From Eledone cirrhosa (lineage: Eukaryota): a stretch of DNA of 64,000 nt. Positions 1-14,583 of the stretch are shown here, piece after piece. The translations under genes and the position numbers were made by a program. Below the pieces are notes generated by a model. The model was not told the origin of the DNA, did not search any database, and saw nothing but the letters and a program-made list of their open reading frames with translations. The stretch covers positions 34,100,001 to 34,164,000 of the forward strand of contig OZ024746.1 in NCBI GenBank assembly GCA_964016885.1, written 5' to 3'. The stretch's first letter is position 1; each line of letters begins with the position of its first letter.

Positions 1-571
1 GTGACTCAGACTGAGTGACAGGTTCAGAAATCCAGATATTTATTTAAATTTTACTATTTTACAATTTAGCTACGAATTCCAATTTAATTTTTAACACTGA
101 TTTCTGAATTGCCGGCTTCAGCGGTATATATAAGATGGCTTCAACAATGCTTTTAGGATTCAAATGTTTGGTGGGAATACATGTTTGTATTAATAATAAA
201 TATAAAGGTTTACACGTTATTTAAACTTTATTCTAAATTATTGATCTCTTTCCTAGCATATAAATGATTCATTCTGGGTATATATATTTTTTTATTTTTC
301 ATGAAAAATTCATGAATGAATCGTGGTAGACACGAGATTGGAAATTAGAGGTTTTTCTTTCAACATGACAATACGGCGATCTGTCCAGTATCTATGCTTT
401 CAAGCAGCGCTCCTCACACTCGCATCCCACATTTACTTCATCCTGACAATGACATGGTCTGGCAGATTAAGGTAACAGAAATCGGAGTGAACGTCATAAT
501 GTCTAGTCTTCTCATATGTTTTTATAAATATATATTTAAATACATGCACACATACACACACAATCATACAT

Positions 572-815
<244 letters not shown>

Positions 816-1095
816 AAATGCACGTGTATATACATAGAGCAAAATAATTCTTATATGAATAAATATAAACCTAATCATAGAGATTCTGCTGACTAGACAG
901 TGAGAATCGAAGAAGTTTCGTGTAGATTTTAATTTACTCTCTATTTACATATTCACAACATAGATGTAAACCATTTAAAAGCATTGCATTGAATCAAAAT
1001 TCAATAGTTTGTGTCTGAATTAAGAATAGATTATAAATTTGTTCGTGACAGAATTCGTTAAATAATTCATCAGATTTTGTAAATATGTAATGCAA

Positions 1096-1270
1096 TGTAT
1101 GTATGTATGTATGTATGTATGTATGTATGCATGTATGTATGTATGTATGTATGTATGTATGTATGTGTGTATGTATGTATGGATGGATGTGTGTATGTAT
1201 GTATGTATTTATGTATGTGTGTGTGTATGTATGTATGCATGTACGTTTGGATGTATACAAGTATGTATTT
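1096..1270. repeat. (TATG)n microsatellite
   Basis: Direct reading. Confidence 0.95.
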
Positions 1271-1353
1271 ATGAATACAGGTTAATATAGGGATAGACAA
1301 GCATTCAGGTATTACAAAATAGATGCACACACACACACGCACACATCACTCGG

Positions 1354-1418
<65 letters not shown>

Positions 1419-1692
1419 AACATAATGTAAAATAAGTAAAGATAGATATATAGCGAGTTCGATAAATAGAAATTTTATACAATAAACTGTTTGACAAATA
1501 CATATTCTATAAGTTTTTGAGAGTGAATTATTTAGGGACAGTACTGAAACATAGACAGGGGCACGGCCGAAACGCATAGTCGAAAGGGCATGTCTTTGGT
1601 ATTGCTAGGGGAGAAAGGATACGGCGAAATATGGTTTTTTTTTAAATTAAACCACGCCTAATTTATACTTTATATATTTCTAACCAATATAA

Positions 1693-1850
1693 ATAATGGT
1701 TTCTGAATTTGATACAAGGGCAACAATTTTAGGGGAAGGGGAAATCTATCAACTCGAAGCCAAAACCTTATGAGTACTTAATGTTATCGACTCCTTAAAG
1801 CTGAAAAGCAACTCTAACCGCAGGAGTATTTGAACTCAGTTTGAAAGGGA
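1693..1850 (-). mobile_element. Old, diverged copy of the tRNA-derived SINE
   Basis: Degenerate match to the SINE tail (aataatggtttct...acaagg), core (tatcgactcc...gaaaagc) and B-box complement tttgaactcag. Confidence 0.65.
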
Positions 1851-1897
1851 CAGAATAATAAGCCGACAACTCGAGTCACTTCCTTTCCACCACACTA

Positions 1898-2087
1898 AAT
1901 AATTGTTTCTACTTTTGGCACAAGGCCAGCAATTATCCCAGTGTATTACTGGTACTTTATTTTAGCGACCCTGTAAGGATGAAAGGCAAAGTTAACCTCG
2001 GCGGCATTTGAACTCAGATCATAAAGGGAGGTAACGCTATGCTTCAAAGCATGGCGTCCGACCCTCTACCGATACTGCCAATCCACC
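1898..2087 (-). mobile_element. tRNA-derived SINE with Meta-type core, near full length
   Basis: Minus strand: A-box-like TTGGCAGTATCGG, B-box GAGTTCAAATGCC, core GCCTTTCATCCTTACAGGGTCGCTAAAATAAAGTACCAG, tail AGAAACAATTATT; about 11 copies in window; core resembles the MetaSINE domain (from memory). Confidence 0.9.
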
Positions 2088-2300
2088 AAATAATGCTACA
2101 TTTTAAGTCGCATGCATGCTTGTAACCGTAAATCCGTAACTCCTACAGCATTCAAATAACATTTCTGTTGCATTAATACCATTTACATAATTTTTGTAGA
2201 ATATTCTATAGATTAAACACATATTAATACTGACTATTATCCAACATCTTCATTGAGTGCTATCTAATAAAGTTAGCCTAGCTATCGCTTCATTAAGACG

Positions 2301-2371
<71 letters not shown>

Positions 2372-2621
2372 GAATTATAGGGTGTTGACGAACGTCACTT
2401 ACTTAGCTTCAACAAGAGCTAAGGGATATGTAGATTTAATAACCACTAAGAATTGAGAAAGGTGTCATCGTGGATTAATTCTCTATGCTTTCAAAAGGTT
2501 TCTAATTAAATATATATATATATTGTTAAATTTACAATTCGCAAATTCATATATATATATATCGCTATTTCTATGCAACAATAGAAACTATACCTAATAA
2601 TAATAATTATATATATATATA

Positions 2622-2879
2622 TACGGTAATGAAGCCGCATACGCCGATTATGCATTGTTGCTTAATATATGCAGACGGAGGATGCAGTTCAGCTTACTGC
2701 TGCATTAAGTGTGGCCGAAACTCGAGTCCGTGAACTATTATAGGCAGCCGGTTTACGTGTGTTATATTGAGGCGAATAACTATGTGTATACTCTGGGAAA
2801 GTATCCTACATTACCTATTGAGTACGCTGAGATACAACCGGTCCTGGCATTGATGAATGTGCTGGGTCCGGCAACTCCT

Positions 2880-2885
<6 letters not shown>
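2622..2885 (+). mobile_element. Probable solo PLE pseudo-LTR with decayed hammerhead
   Basis: Island between two (TA)n tracts; contains GAAA-CTCGAG-TC-cgtgaac (palindromic stem III, GUC site), stem II gctgcat/gtgtggc, upstream gttca; CUGANGA core is destroyed (2687-2735). Confidence 0.5.
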
Positions 2886-2946
<61 letters not shown>

Positions 2947-2949
2947 TAT

Positions 2950-3124
2950 AACAAAGAAAGTGTGGTAAGAAACCAGGTGGACCATACCGCACCAGAGTAC
3001 TCGATACTTACGGTAATAGAGTGGGTAATAGTAAAAGAGTCGGGACCCCGACGGCTGAGCTCCGGCCGTTCAGATCTAGCTGTGGAAACGGCCGGCGCTC
3101 AGCCGTCGGGGTCGCGTCTCTTTT
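2950..3124 (-). mobile_element. PLE pseudo-LTR fragment ending in a GC-rich inverted repeat; family copy at 58560-58700
   Basis: Reverse-complement similarity to 58560-58700; contains the HHR 3' half GAAACGGC...GCCGTC; abuts (TA)n. Confidence 0.6.
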
Positions 3125-4204
3125 CATATCATATGTATATGGGTGTGTGTGTGTGCGTGTGTGTGTGTATGTGTGTGCGTGTGTGTAATGTGTGTGTGTC
3201 TGTGTGTGAGTGTGTGTGATTGAATGTCTGTGTCTGTGCTTGTGTTTATTTATACATAATCGATAAATGGAATGGAACAAATCAAATGCATATATGGAAT
3301 CAAATTACATTCCCGCTTTGAGGAAATTAAAGAGGTATCTATGATTTCGACGGGAGTCATTCATAATGAAAGGTCGGATAAGGACTGAACAGGTATGTAT
3401 GTGAAAGTAGGGTGTGAACGTTAGAACAGGGTTTTAGGAGGTGTTGAGGTAGTGGCCTTGCTTACACCACTACTACTATGAATACAAATAGTTTGAAGAC
3501 TAACCTGGACCATCTCTAGTCGATTACAATTGCTGAAAATCGATACAAACCGATATAAATAAATAAATGAATAAATAAATTGCTGTGTTTGTGTGTGTGT
3601 GTGTGTGTGGGTGTGGATGTGTGTGTGTGGGTGTTTGTCAAATATTTGGTAATAAAGAAGTTCATATATATGCATGAGTTTTCTTCATCCTTGTCTTACA
3701 ATTCTCTCGTGTATATTGATATACACAGACCCACATACACGTTATTTTACACACTAACACGTATACAAACTGAATCTCCTGTGCGGATGTAACATATTCC
3801 CAGCAGTCTTTTACAAACATATATTTAAATCAAAACGTCGCAAAAATGTTGCCACTGGCAATTTAATTAGAAGCTCTATACAATATAAAACAGAGTACAA
3901 CGCGTTGTTAAGAAACTCTTCCAAACAAATAACATCAAAATGGAGAATGTGAAAAAAGAGCCAGGAATAAATATGAAAACAAGAAATATACAGATACGCC
4001 ATTTTCAAAATGATAACACTAATCACACCATGTAACAAAGTTCTATCCGCGATGCTGACTACATCTACCAGCATAAATATGAATAGCAATAGTCACAAGA
4101 GCAGACATGAGACGAAAATGTATATTAGACATAATCTAACTCTAAGACATCAATACTATGTTTTATGAAAGATTATCGAACATATATATATAGCTATGTC
4201 CATA

Positions 4205-4423
4205 CCGTTGTTTGGCAGCATCGCTAGAGTGTCGGAGACCTTAGTTTGCAACATAGAGACGCGGCCCTTTATGATCTGAGTTCAATTACCGCCGAAGTTA
4301 ACTTTGATTTTCATCCTTACGGGGTGGATAAAATAAAGTACCAGTAAGTACCGGTGTCGATTTAATCGACTTTCCCCTCCCCTACAAATTGTTGGCCTTG
4401 TGCCTAAAGTAGAAACAATTATT
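4205..4423 (+). mobile_element. tRNA-derived SINE (longer, older subfamily)
   Basis: ctgagttcaattacc B-box, ttcatccttacggggtggataaaataaagtaccag core, agaaacaattatt tail. Confidence 0.88.
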
Positions 4424-4941
4424 TGAGAAGTTACTTACAAATCGTATATAATCACAAAATGAAGCATGCTTCTATGATTAATTTTGTTTTATTTCAGAAA
4501 CTGCAGGATGTGTTGGCGGCCATCGCAAATTGTTTATAACTATACAAGTTTAGGAGGGTTTCTATCGGACTATTTGATTATATAACCTATCTTTTGAAAG
4601 AAAATATTTCTCATGCATCCCTAAAAATACTTTTCTAATTGTGACGCTATTAAGGCCAGTATTAGTTCCCTTGCTTGTGTTGAGAGCACCTGCCAAACAG
4701 CTTAAGTTGGCAGGAGAAGGGAAATCCAGACAATAGCGTGCCTTGAAATTATCCTTCGGATTTAATGGTGAGCATATCATAACTGTGTTTATATGACGTG
4801 CCAGAGTAGCTATAACCTACATTAAAGAAATTCCGTAGGTATATATATATATATACATGTATGTGTGTGTATATTTATATATAATTTGATATGTTAGGGA
4901 AAACAGACAATGAATGATTAGAGAGCATTATTTATGGGATT

Positions 4942-5114
4942 GGCCGTATCGGTAGAGGGTCGGACGCCATGCTTTCCAGCATGGTTACGTCCCTGTACGA
5001 TCTGAGTTCAAATGCCGCCGAGGTGGACTTTGCCTTTCATCCTTACGGGGTCGATAAAATAAAGTACCAGTAATTCACTGGGTGATTGATGGCCTTGTGC
5101 CAAATGTAGAAACA
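4942..5114 (+). mobile_element. tRNA-derived SINE with 15-bp TSD
   Basis: TSD attatttatgggatt at 4927-4941 and 5115-5129; B-box gagttcaaatgcc. Confidence 0.92.
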
Positions 5115-5196
5115 ATTATTTATGGGATTTGGCACAAGGCCATCAATCACCCAGTGAATTACTGGTACTTTATTTTATCGACCCCGTAAGGATGAA
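5036..5196. repeat. Perfect 70-bp-arm inverted repeat (SINE 3' half folded back)
   Basis: 5127-5196 is the reverse complement of 5036-5105; 21-nt spacer. Confidence 0.93.
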
Positions 5197-6829
5197 TTTT
5201 AGATATGTGGGGTCAACCTTTAACTTGTTATAGCAACGATAGTTTTTATAATCCCATTCGTTCAGAATCATGTGCTTAGAGCATTTACCGCTTTGGCTAG
5301 GAAAATAAGGAAATTAAAAACTGAAAAAATAAAATACGATATCTCATGGTCCATACTAGGATTGGCTTAACCCTACCGAGGTGAAATAAGTATCATGATC
5401 ATTTTGCGATGGAAGTACTCTAAAGTGTGACATGACAGGAAAGAAATTATTGAACGATAGACAAGATAGGATATTCAATTCTAAAAACAAATACATTAAA
5501 ACATTTTCTAATTATAACCCTACTTAACGCATGATTAGAACATATCACCTATGATATCTCTTTTTACCTAAGATACATCTTGTAGCTATACGTGGAGATA
5601 CTATGTTCTTGGCTTGAGAGAAAAAAAGGTATTGTCATTTTTAAACTCAGCGTCCCCAAATTACTCAAGAAAAGGTCCCAAAATTAAGTCAGCAGAAAAT
5701 AATCAAAATGTTGGTGACCAGTGTAATCCATGCCTCTATGAAGAACTGTCTATACAACGTATCCAGATAATTCTTATATGCTTCATTCCTGTACCATTTG
5801 TAGCCAGAAGAAATTATAGGCTGATGGAATACACTTAGTTTTATCCGTCTCAGATTCCACAATTGCAATGTTCAATATTCTGATATCCATAGCTGTAGCT
5901 CAACTGTCCACATCTTCATCTTTTTATGATCCAGTCTACACTATTATCTTAAGCCTGCGAAACAGATTTCTGTGCATCTACCCCTTGGCCTTCCTTTGGC
6001 GTGTGGAATACTAGGAGTCGCAAAACTGTGTTTTATCTTTTGTTTCCAGGCCTAGCCCCTCCTATATATATATATGTGTGTGTTTAAGAACGTTTCCAAA
6101 ATGATGCTTCAAATCAACATTTATTTTCAACATACGATTAAATTAGTGCAGATTAAAATACAATTAATTCACAATTAACATTAAAAACAATTGAATAATC
6201 GACGTAAAGACACTAATAATACATAACATTATCTGCATAATATCTTCAGGAAAAACAAAGAGTTATTAAAATTTATGTGACTGACTATATTCGGATTGTC
6301 ATAAATAATTGTTCCGGGTTTTCACATATGTGAATCTATTCTCTTAAGTAAATCATTTAAACAGCTAATTAACACCGTCTGTTTCCGGTGCTGTCTACAT
6401 AGACGTATTCCAGTTTTGCTTCAGCGATGTTTGAATTATAAAATCCATCCTACTTATTTCTTACAATGATTTGGTAGATTTATAATTTTGTGCTTTGTAA
6501 ATTACTAATATATCGTATTCCAATATGAGTAAATTTGTTGCCCCTTCTGTAAAGATATTTCTCCTGATTATTTCGGGGCTGTGCTGTATTCCTGTCATTA
6601 TAAATTGATACATCATTTTGGACAGCTCTTCCCTTTGTTCCCTAACATGCTTTGATAAATCATTTGTTTCTACTCCATAATGCCATTGTTTTTATGTTAA
6701 TATGTAATGTTAATTGTGAATTAATGGTATTATCATCTGCACTAATCGGAGCACATATCGAAAATAAATGTTGTTCGTCTGATGGATATCTTTGGTTAAT
6801 TTTCATTTATCTTATATTATAATCTGTAT

Positions 6830-7117
6830 TACTTTTGTCTTTAACTATCCTGATCCGACACTATGTCTCACCACGTCAGACTATTTTATCTTTGCTTGAT
6901 TGCTGATACTTAAAACACATTGATCTTATCCGTATCCTGATATTCTATTGTATATTTCTTAAGTGGTTACCTCCATATATAATTCGATTATATATACACA
7001 CACACAAACACACATACTATATATATATATGAACACATACACACACACATATTATATATATATATATACACACACACACGCACACACACACACGCACACA
7101 TACACACACACACCCAC

Positions 7118-7162
<45 letters not shown>

Positions 7163-7415
7163 CGTGTGTGTGTGTATATATATATATATATAATATGTGT
7201 GTGTGTATGTGTTTATATATATATATAGTATGTGTGTTTGTGTGTGTGTATATATAATCGAATTATATATGGAGGTAACCAATTAAGAAATATACAATAG
7301 AATATCAGGATACGGATAAGATCAATGTGTTTTAAGTATCAGCAATCACGCAAAGATAAAATAGTCTGACGTGGTGAGACATTGTGTCGGATCAGGATAG
7401 TTAAAGACAAAAGTA
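6830..7415. repeat. ~260-bp-arm inverted duplication centred on a CA/TA microsatellite
   Basis: tacttttgtctttaactatcc... versus ...ggatagttaaagacaaaagta; about 4 substitutions between the unique parts of the arms. Confidence 0.95.
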
Positions 7416-9056
7416 TATGTGTATATATATATATATATATATTCCTGAAGTGCTCAGAGAATAAAGAGAAAAACATTTTTTTGTAACAAAAAAATATTAT
7501 TCTTTTATTGTCTGTCTCCCATATGATTGTTTTATAAAAGACTTATGATATATGCTTTCATATACATCACTCTTGTACTAACGCTGGTTTACTGCCAATT
7601 GATTAAAACAAGCAAAAGTCGCATAATATGCCTATGAGAATTTCCATCTGATGTTATCTATTTTCTATATTAACCCTAGCAAATGAACATTACGTAAGTC
7701 ATCGTCCTTGGTTCTGTGTGTATAGGCCCGAAATTAATTCAGTGGAGAAACGCGAATGTAACTTAAGGATGTTTTCTGAGACCGGACCTGCGATTTTATT
7801 TGTATTCATCGTCTAAATAATGGGTTTTTTTTTTCTATTTAGGTACTTTTCAACCTTATCACTGTAATATCTTAATCTTTCACCTAGACAAAATAAATCC
7901 CCTGTTAAATACATATTTCTGTCATAATCATCTCTATTTTCTAGAAACAGACTGTTTATACATCACTCAATACCCACAATATATATTGCGGTTGCATAAC
8001 TTTTAGAATAGTGTTGATGGAAAATCACTTCAAACATCATAGAGAGGAAAACGGTTAATTGATTATGTATCAATATTGTTTCTACTTTATTCTGGCCTAT
8101 TCAATATTCCTTTCTGAATATGTTCTGATATATAATCAGTGTGAATTAGTGACTCTTCATGTTAGAAATCCTGCATATCTATCTCGATGTTAGGTATAAA
8201 GTCGATATTATTTATATAGTGATGAAATTCATAAAAAAAAACAAAATGTGAATGAAAAATATAATATAGAATGACCATTGTTGTCACGGGTGCGTAATGA
8301 CCCCATAAATCTAGTTAATATAATTATCTTGAGCTGATCGCTGTTGAGTGACAGACCGTGAAAATATTTCGATTCTCGATTTTGGACAGTTCACTTTATT
8401 TATATCATCAACAGCGCTAATGGCAAATTCTGTACACATCGAAGAATCTCATCGACTTTTATTTTAAATCAGAAATCGATATTGAAGAGAATTATTTAAA
8501 GAACAGAATAGGATGAATAATATAAGTCAGTCATTTCAGTAAATAGGAAAATTGTTTGGTCGACAAGATCGATAATATAAATATTATCAATGCTTCAGTT
8601 GGATTTAAAACTATCCGACAATGATCTGACAATTGATCGCTTCGTAGGCTCTCTCTCAAACGTAGCATTGAATTGACAGATTAACACTTGTGAGATTGAA
8701 GGATCATGTCCCTCTTGGTTTAACTGAGTAAGTGTTATTGTTTGATATAATTCTGGCCTGAAGTGTAAAAATATTTCGGAGATTAATTCAATTACATATG
8801 CGCTGGACAATACAAATATCCCACTATAAAATCACCTTCGCCTCTGGCACCCTCGTCATAATCATCATCAGGTGACGTTGGTCTATTTACAAGCCTAAGT
8901 GCTATCTCTTTGTTATACATTGACATGCAAGAAATAACAGCTAAATATACCATGAATATAAAAAGAAATTGCCTTGAAACCCGCACCGGATTGTGAATAA
9001 AGTGTGTTATGGGTTAATGGTTAGGGGAAACCAGAAATGAATGAGAACTGTGATAG

Positions 9057-9288
9057 AATATGCTCCGAAATGATTAGACGTGGCCGTCGAACATGCGGGT
9101 CCAGAATCAGACATATCCAGACAATGATCGCGTCTCGAGCTGTCCGCCGGGGAAAAAATTCTAACACTCAATAAATTGAGTTCAGATGCATCACTGATTT
9201 TTCGTTTTATATTCTATCGTACTCTGCTCTGTAAGAGCATAGAGTGCTCAACCGGCATACTGCCTATGGAAGCATCTTAGCTACCATC
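9057..9288 (+). mobile_element. Decayed copy of the long-stem-II hammerhead pLTR family
   Basis: Colinear similarity to 50133-50376 (gatgcatcactgatt, gagcatagagtgctcaacc, cctatgga); core mutated to CCGTCGA. Confidence 0.75.
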
Positions 9289-9290
9289 AG

Positions 9291-9348
<58 letters not shown>

Positions 9349-9361
9349 CTATACACACACA

Positions 9362-9458
<97 letters not shown>

Positions 9459-10714
9459 ATAATAATAAATGTGAAGACTAAAATCCAAAGAGGGCTCGAT
9501 AATGATACATAATATCAAATATATAAGAACCCTAGAGCAAATATTTATATACCTATACACATATACGTACATATATATGTGTGTGAGTGTATGTGTGTAA
9601 GTATTATTTATATGTGGTTACAAAGGATACAACACGTAAATATTTATTCCTCATTTTATGTTAAGAAAACAAAGATTGGTAATGGGAATGCCAAAATATA
9701 ATGACGCACCACCACAATCAAGAAATATCTCCAAACCAGGATAAAGAGTGAACATTTATTCCAGCGTCGTGTCTGATATATATGTTCACAAATTCTTTAA
9801 CGTTTAAAGGCATGTTGGAATGTTCAATATAAAATGTATATCTTCTAAGTTGGATTGGCTTTTTTTTTTATAATATGTCCAATCCAATTGAGCAACAATA
9901 TTTCTAATATGCACACCCTGAAACAAATGCCGTCGTGATTAACTCAGGGAACATCCAATAAAGGAACGACGTCATGCGTTTGAAAGCCTAATTCTGTTAT
10001 TCCTCTTCTTTAGTTTAATTCACTATATAACTAATATAGGAAGTTATATGATCAGAATTCCGTCTCAATTGCATGTATATCACGCATTCGTCGATTCAGT
10101 ACAGATAACATTTTCAATTGCTATGGGAGTCAAATAAGTGTATCATGAAATATTCTATCCACAGATTAATCGGAAATTCTAGAGTTGGTATGTACCATCA
10201 ATAATTGACCCGTTGGGGTACCATGTTTCCGCAAATTATCCCAGAAATAATGACCAAATTTCTCATTACATATGTGAAGTAAATTGTGTTTTATAAATGA
10301 AAACATAACGAGCAACAAAATATTACATACTTAGAGTTTGAACGTAAAACATGTGACCAATGCAGGCAAATAATATGAGACAATTGTGATCGACTTGGCA
10401 ATTTAATGTACCGGAAAACTAAAGAACTGAAATAATATAGTATAGTAAGCCGGTCATGTCACGTTTAAAGCAATAGCAATCAATAATTAACTCGGTAAAG
10501 CAGGTCGTAAATCATGCTTTTAAGTATTTAACACCTAACATGGCGATGGAATTTATCACATCAGTGTCTGTTGTTGTTGCGTTAAAAGTCTCTATTAGCA
10601 TTGATAATTATTGGTCTTCACGGTTTATACACGAACGCACACATACGCCTGAACCAAGAAAGACACATGAATAAATGAATATATATATATATATATATAG
10701 TGATGCTTGATGCT

Positions 10715-11040
<326 letters not shown>

Positions 11041-11869
11041 ATATATATGTGTGTGGCGAGGGTGTCTATTTATCGTGAAGGTAATGATATCATGTGATCG
11101 CACTAACACTTACACATGTCCATATATACAATCAGCGTACACAAATATATTATATCTGGGCGCATGAATTATGATTTTTAAACGCCTTTATATAGATATA
11201 CTGACATTTATGTACAAGGTACATCATGTACATTATTCTATTAACACCTTTTGCATATCATGTTGGTTAGAGACGGAATGTTGGTTAGAGACGGAAAGAT
11301 GTTACGCTCAACCGCTTCGAAGAAAGGAACGTATCTCCCAGATACCATCTAGGTGGTCGAACAATTAAGCTAAATATATCTGACTACATCCTACCGGCTA
11401 AAGTAATGAGCTGAATCATAAAGGTTTTGAATACGGAAATTCATGTCATAAGTGAAGCTCGCTTTTTCGAACATTCGTAGACACAAGTAAACACCCGTCA
11501 AGACGGAAAAGTAGGTCCCTTAGCTGAATGTTATCATGGAGATATGGAGTTAAATTCTGAGTAGAGGCCAGTGAAAATGTTTTCCATCTCTAAGGGTCGT
11601 TATTCGAGTTTTATAAACTATTTTCAGAGCAACTGCCGGTAATTGCATTATGTCTTACTGAGTGAGTTTAGAATTTTTGGCGTCTACAGATTCAGGCGAC
11701 TAAAGATTCGTTATAGTAGGCTTGCATTCTGTATGCAACGACAGTCTATACAAATCGCCACCACATTTATTGATATAGCCGTCACATATGAATGTATCGG
11801 ATTATCATATACAGATGTATACACGTACATTATTTTATACATCTGTATATTCTGTGATGTGGAAATATA

Positions 11870-12710
11870 TTAGATGTTTGTTGACATACAGCTGAAGTTA
11901 TGATATATGTGGAAGGAATGATTTTTCACGTAGGTGAGGTTGTTGATGCTAGAAAAGAATTGAACGCGATTCGAGCAAATAAATATATGGACCCAAGACA
12001 AAATCTGGTGGAGTATCACGACAATTCTCGATGCTGGTTCACAATTGAAATATAAATTCTTACCCCGTACCGCTGTGGTAAACAAAGTGATTAGAAATAC
12101 ATAAGAAATGGATGCCTCATCGCCAAGTCATATTTCCGTCAGCTATATTGTGAATCGGTCCACAAGATGGTGGACATGATTTCTTATTTAGCTGGACTAG
12201 GAGAGCCTACACCGATGTTGACAGACGATGGTTCTTGATATAGAGCTGTAGGTCAGAGATATGTAGAAGGAATGATTGTTCACAAAGGTGAGGTTGTTGA
12301 TGCTGGCAAAGAAGAGAGAGTTATTGCAGCGGCAGGGGGAGCTGGATTTGAGCGAAGTGGAATCTGATACGACAATGTTTAAGGAATATGGACAAGGTAG
12401 TGGATATTGCGGGCCCATGTGAATGCGGGGATACATGGATTATTAAAAACTTGATATGAGAGCATCAGAGAAGATTGTTCGGAAGCATTAAAGGACACTA
12501 TGCTGGATATACATGGGAGTAGGAAAGTAAGTAATGAATAGGTAAATAATTGAGGGAGATGGTTTGCAGTCAAAGTTAATGTATCGAGTGAGAGTTGCAT
12601 TGACGTTTGTGGGGGATATCCGCAGCAAATGAAAAAGTGGTTGAAACATGTGTCGTGGCACAGGTCTCAAAAGTATGAACGTTCCATTAAGGGTGAAGTA
12701 GATGCACACA
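11870..12710 (-). pseudogene. Highly decayed PLE (Neptune-like) thumb/linker-GIY-YIG remnant with internal duplicate
   Basis: PCIPAFTWARNIHYLVH resembles PPISAFKRARNLRDLLVR of the 49-kb PLE; SFHIYHNFSCMSTNI resembles FRIRHSFTCTSTHA; 11870-11965 and 12225-12320 are diverged copies. Confidence 0.55.
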
Positions 12711-12718
12711 CTAACAGA

Positions 12719-12790
<72 letters not shown>

Positions 12791-13856
12791 TATACATATA
12801 TATATATATACTTACTTCAGTGACATATTTCGTGTTAAGTTAAAGCTAATATTTTCTTCCTAATTATTTGTAGAATAAAAGAATGTATTTCAAGGTGTTG
12901 CTGTATTCATAATGTTATATCTCACAATGATTAAAGTACGTTCGTTTTCAAAGATTTCGAGAAATATTACACATCACATAACAAAACATTAACATTTTAG
13001 GAAGTACACAGGAGTGTCTAGTAAGAAGCTTTGAGGTCGAGCCACAGAAATATACATAATATATATCATTAAATCTCTACAGGGACTCAAACATGTCATA
13101 TATGAAATATATGACATTTATAAAACAAAACAAAATTACGACTGTTGCTCAAATATATGTGTAAACACAATTATATATATTACGAATTCAATATGAGAAA
13201 AAATAGTGGTTCTAGTAGAAACATCAAACGTGAAAGACATCAATCATATACGCTCCTTCAAGAGAATACTCATTATAAAGCTAGTCGTAATTTTATAGGT
13301 ACAATAAATAGAAAAGAAAAACTATTTTATCAAATCTATGTGAAATTAAATATACATATTTTCTTATATATTTTCAAAATTACGTCTGTCTTGTATCTTG
13401 AACATGAAATATAATAACGTTATAACAAACACGAACAACAGACCACTAAGAAACATTGATTCACTGAAAATATCAACAATACAATTAATGTATACAAGTA
13501 TACCATTTATACAATAGTATAACATTTATACAATACAGTATAAATGTTATACTAGAAATAGAGATGGCGGATTAGTAGAATAGCTAAAGTTCTAATGTAG
13601 TGCACAACTGAAATCAGTAACGTATATTTAGTTATATTTACTAAAATCTATAGATAAAATTTCCCATATACGAGAAGCTCGAATAATAACCAGTTCAATA
13701 ATAGCAAACGTTCTGCTGGCATGTTAGCCTATAGCCACTTGCAAACAGGAGCAATCAGTGATATAAGACAATTAACAAATTTCCGTATGCATATCTACAA
13801 TATATAAATCTATATGCAGATATTAGAATATATGAACGGTTATATATATATATACA

Positions 13857-13916
<60 letters not shown>

Positions 13917-14583
13917 ACTAAGGGTAAACATTGATGCAATTCAAATCAAGCACTCAACGTACTTATTCCACATAGGAATGACGGAGTAAATATCGAATAC
14001 GGAAAAGCGAAGTAGTTTCAGATATTCAAGTCTTTTAATAATAATGCTGTGATATATATTTCAATGGCGACAATGACAAACACTGTACCGTGCGCCCGTG
14101 CCGGGACATCGTCAGACAGCTTGTTACATAATAAGGTTATGTTTCCGAGGCAATCCAAATTGAATCGACATGGGAACGGACGAAGTGTGTGCTCTTGGGT
14201 TCTTCATCTATTGCCCTGTGAGTACCAATTCAACCCCACCGGTCTGTACAGGCGCAGGTCCGCAGATTTCAACGAAATTCGCTTAGTCAGTTCCCCCACT
14301 CAGCCAAACAATGACCCATTCAGGCCTGTAATATAGCTTACTGCTACTTATCCCGTCAGTGGCCGTCAGTCGAAAGCCAGTGGGGACGGGAGATTGTGAG
14401 TATCTATAGGTCTGAATACCACCTCTCATAAAGCATGGACAGTATAATTGACCATCAACCTCTAAGAGAAAATATATTTAATTCTAGGTATCATGGTTTC
14501 ACAGTGGAAGTTATGAATGAGAGTTGGAAATTACAACTAAAAATTAAAAAATTAAAATCGAAAATCAGAAATCAAATATTAAA
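13917..14583 (-). mobile_element. PLE pseudo-LTR-like repeat (left arm of inverted pair) with hammerhead
   Basis: Reverse complement of 15017-15823; ends at (TA)n. Confidence 0.75.
14046..14120 (-). ncRNA. Minimal type-I hammerhead ribozyme, ~44-nt stem II domain
   Basis: GCTGT-CTGACGA-[stem II]-GAAA-TATATA-TC-ACAGC; stem I gctgt/acagc, palindromic stem III, AUC site. Confidence 0.75.

Noticed and set aside
364-470. ATG-initiated hydrophobic 35-codon segment ending at AG|GTAACA
   Set aside because: No homology recognised and no in-frame partner exon; insufficient evidence
4498-4838. Plus-strand exon candidate after ttttatttcAG
   Set aside because: Stops in all three frames and weak donor
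8830-8878. gtcacCTGATGA...GAAggtga on the minus strand
   Set aside because: No stem III or cleavage triplet; could be chance
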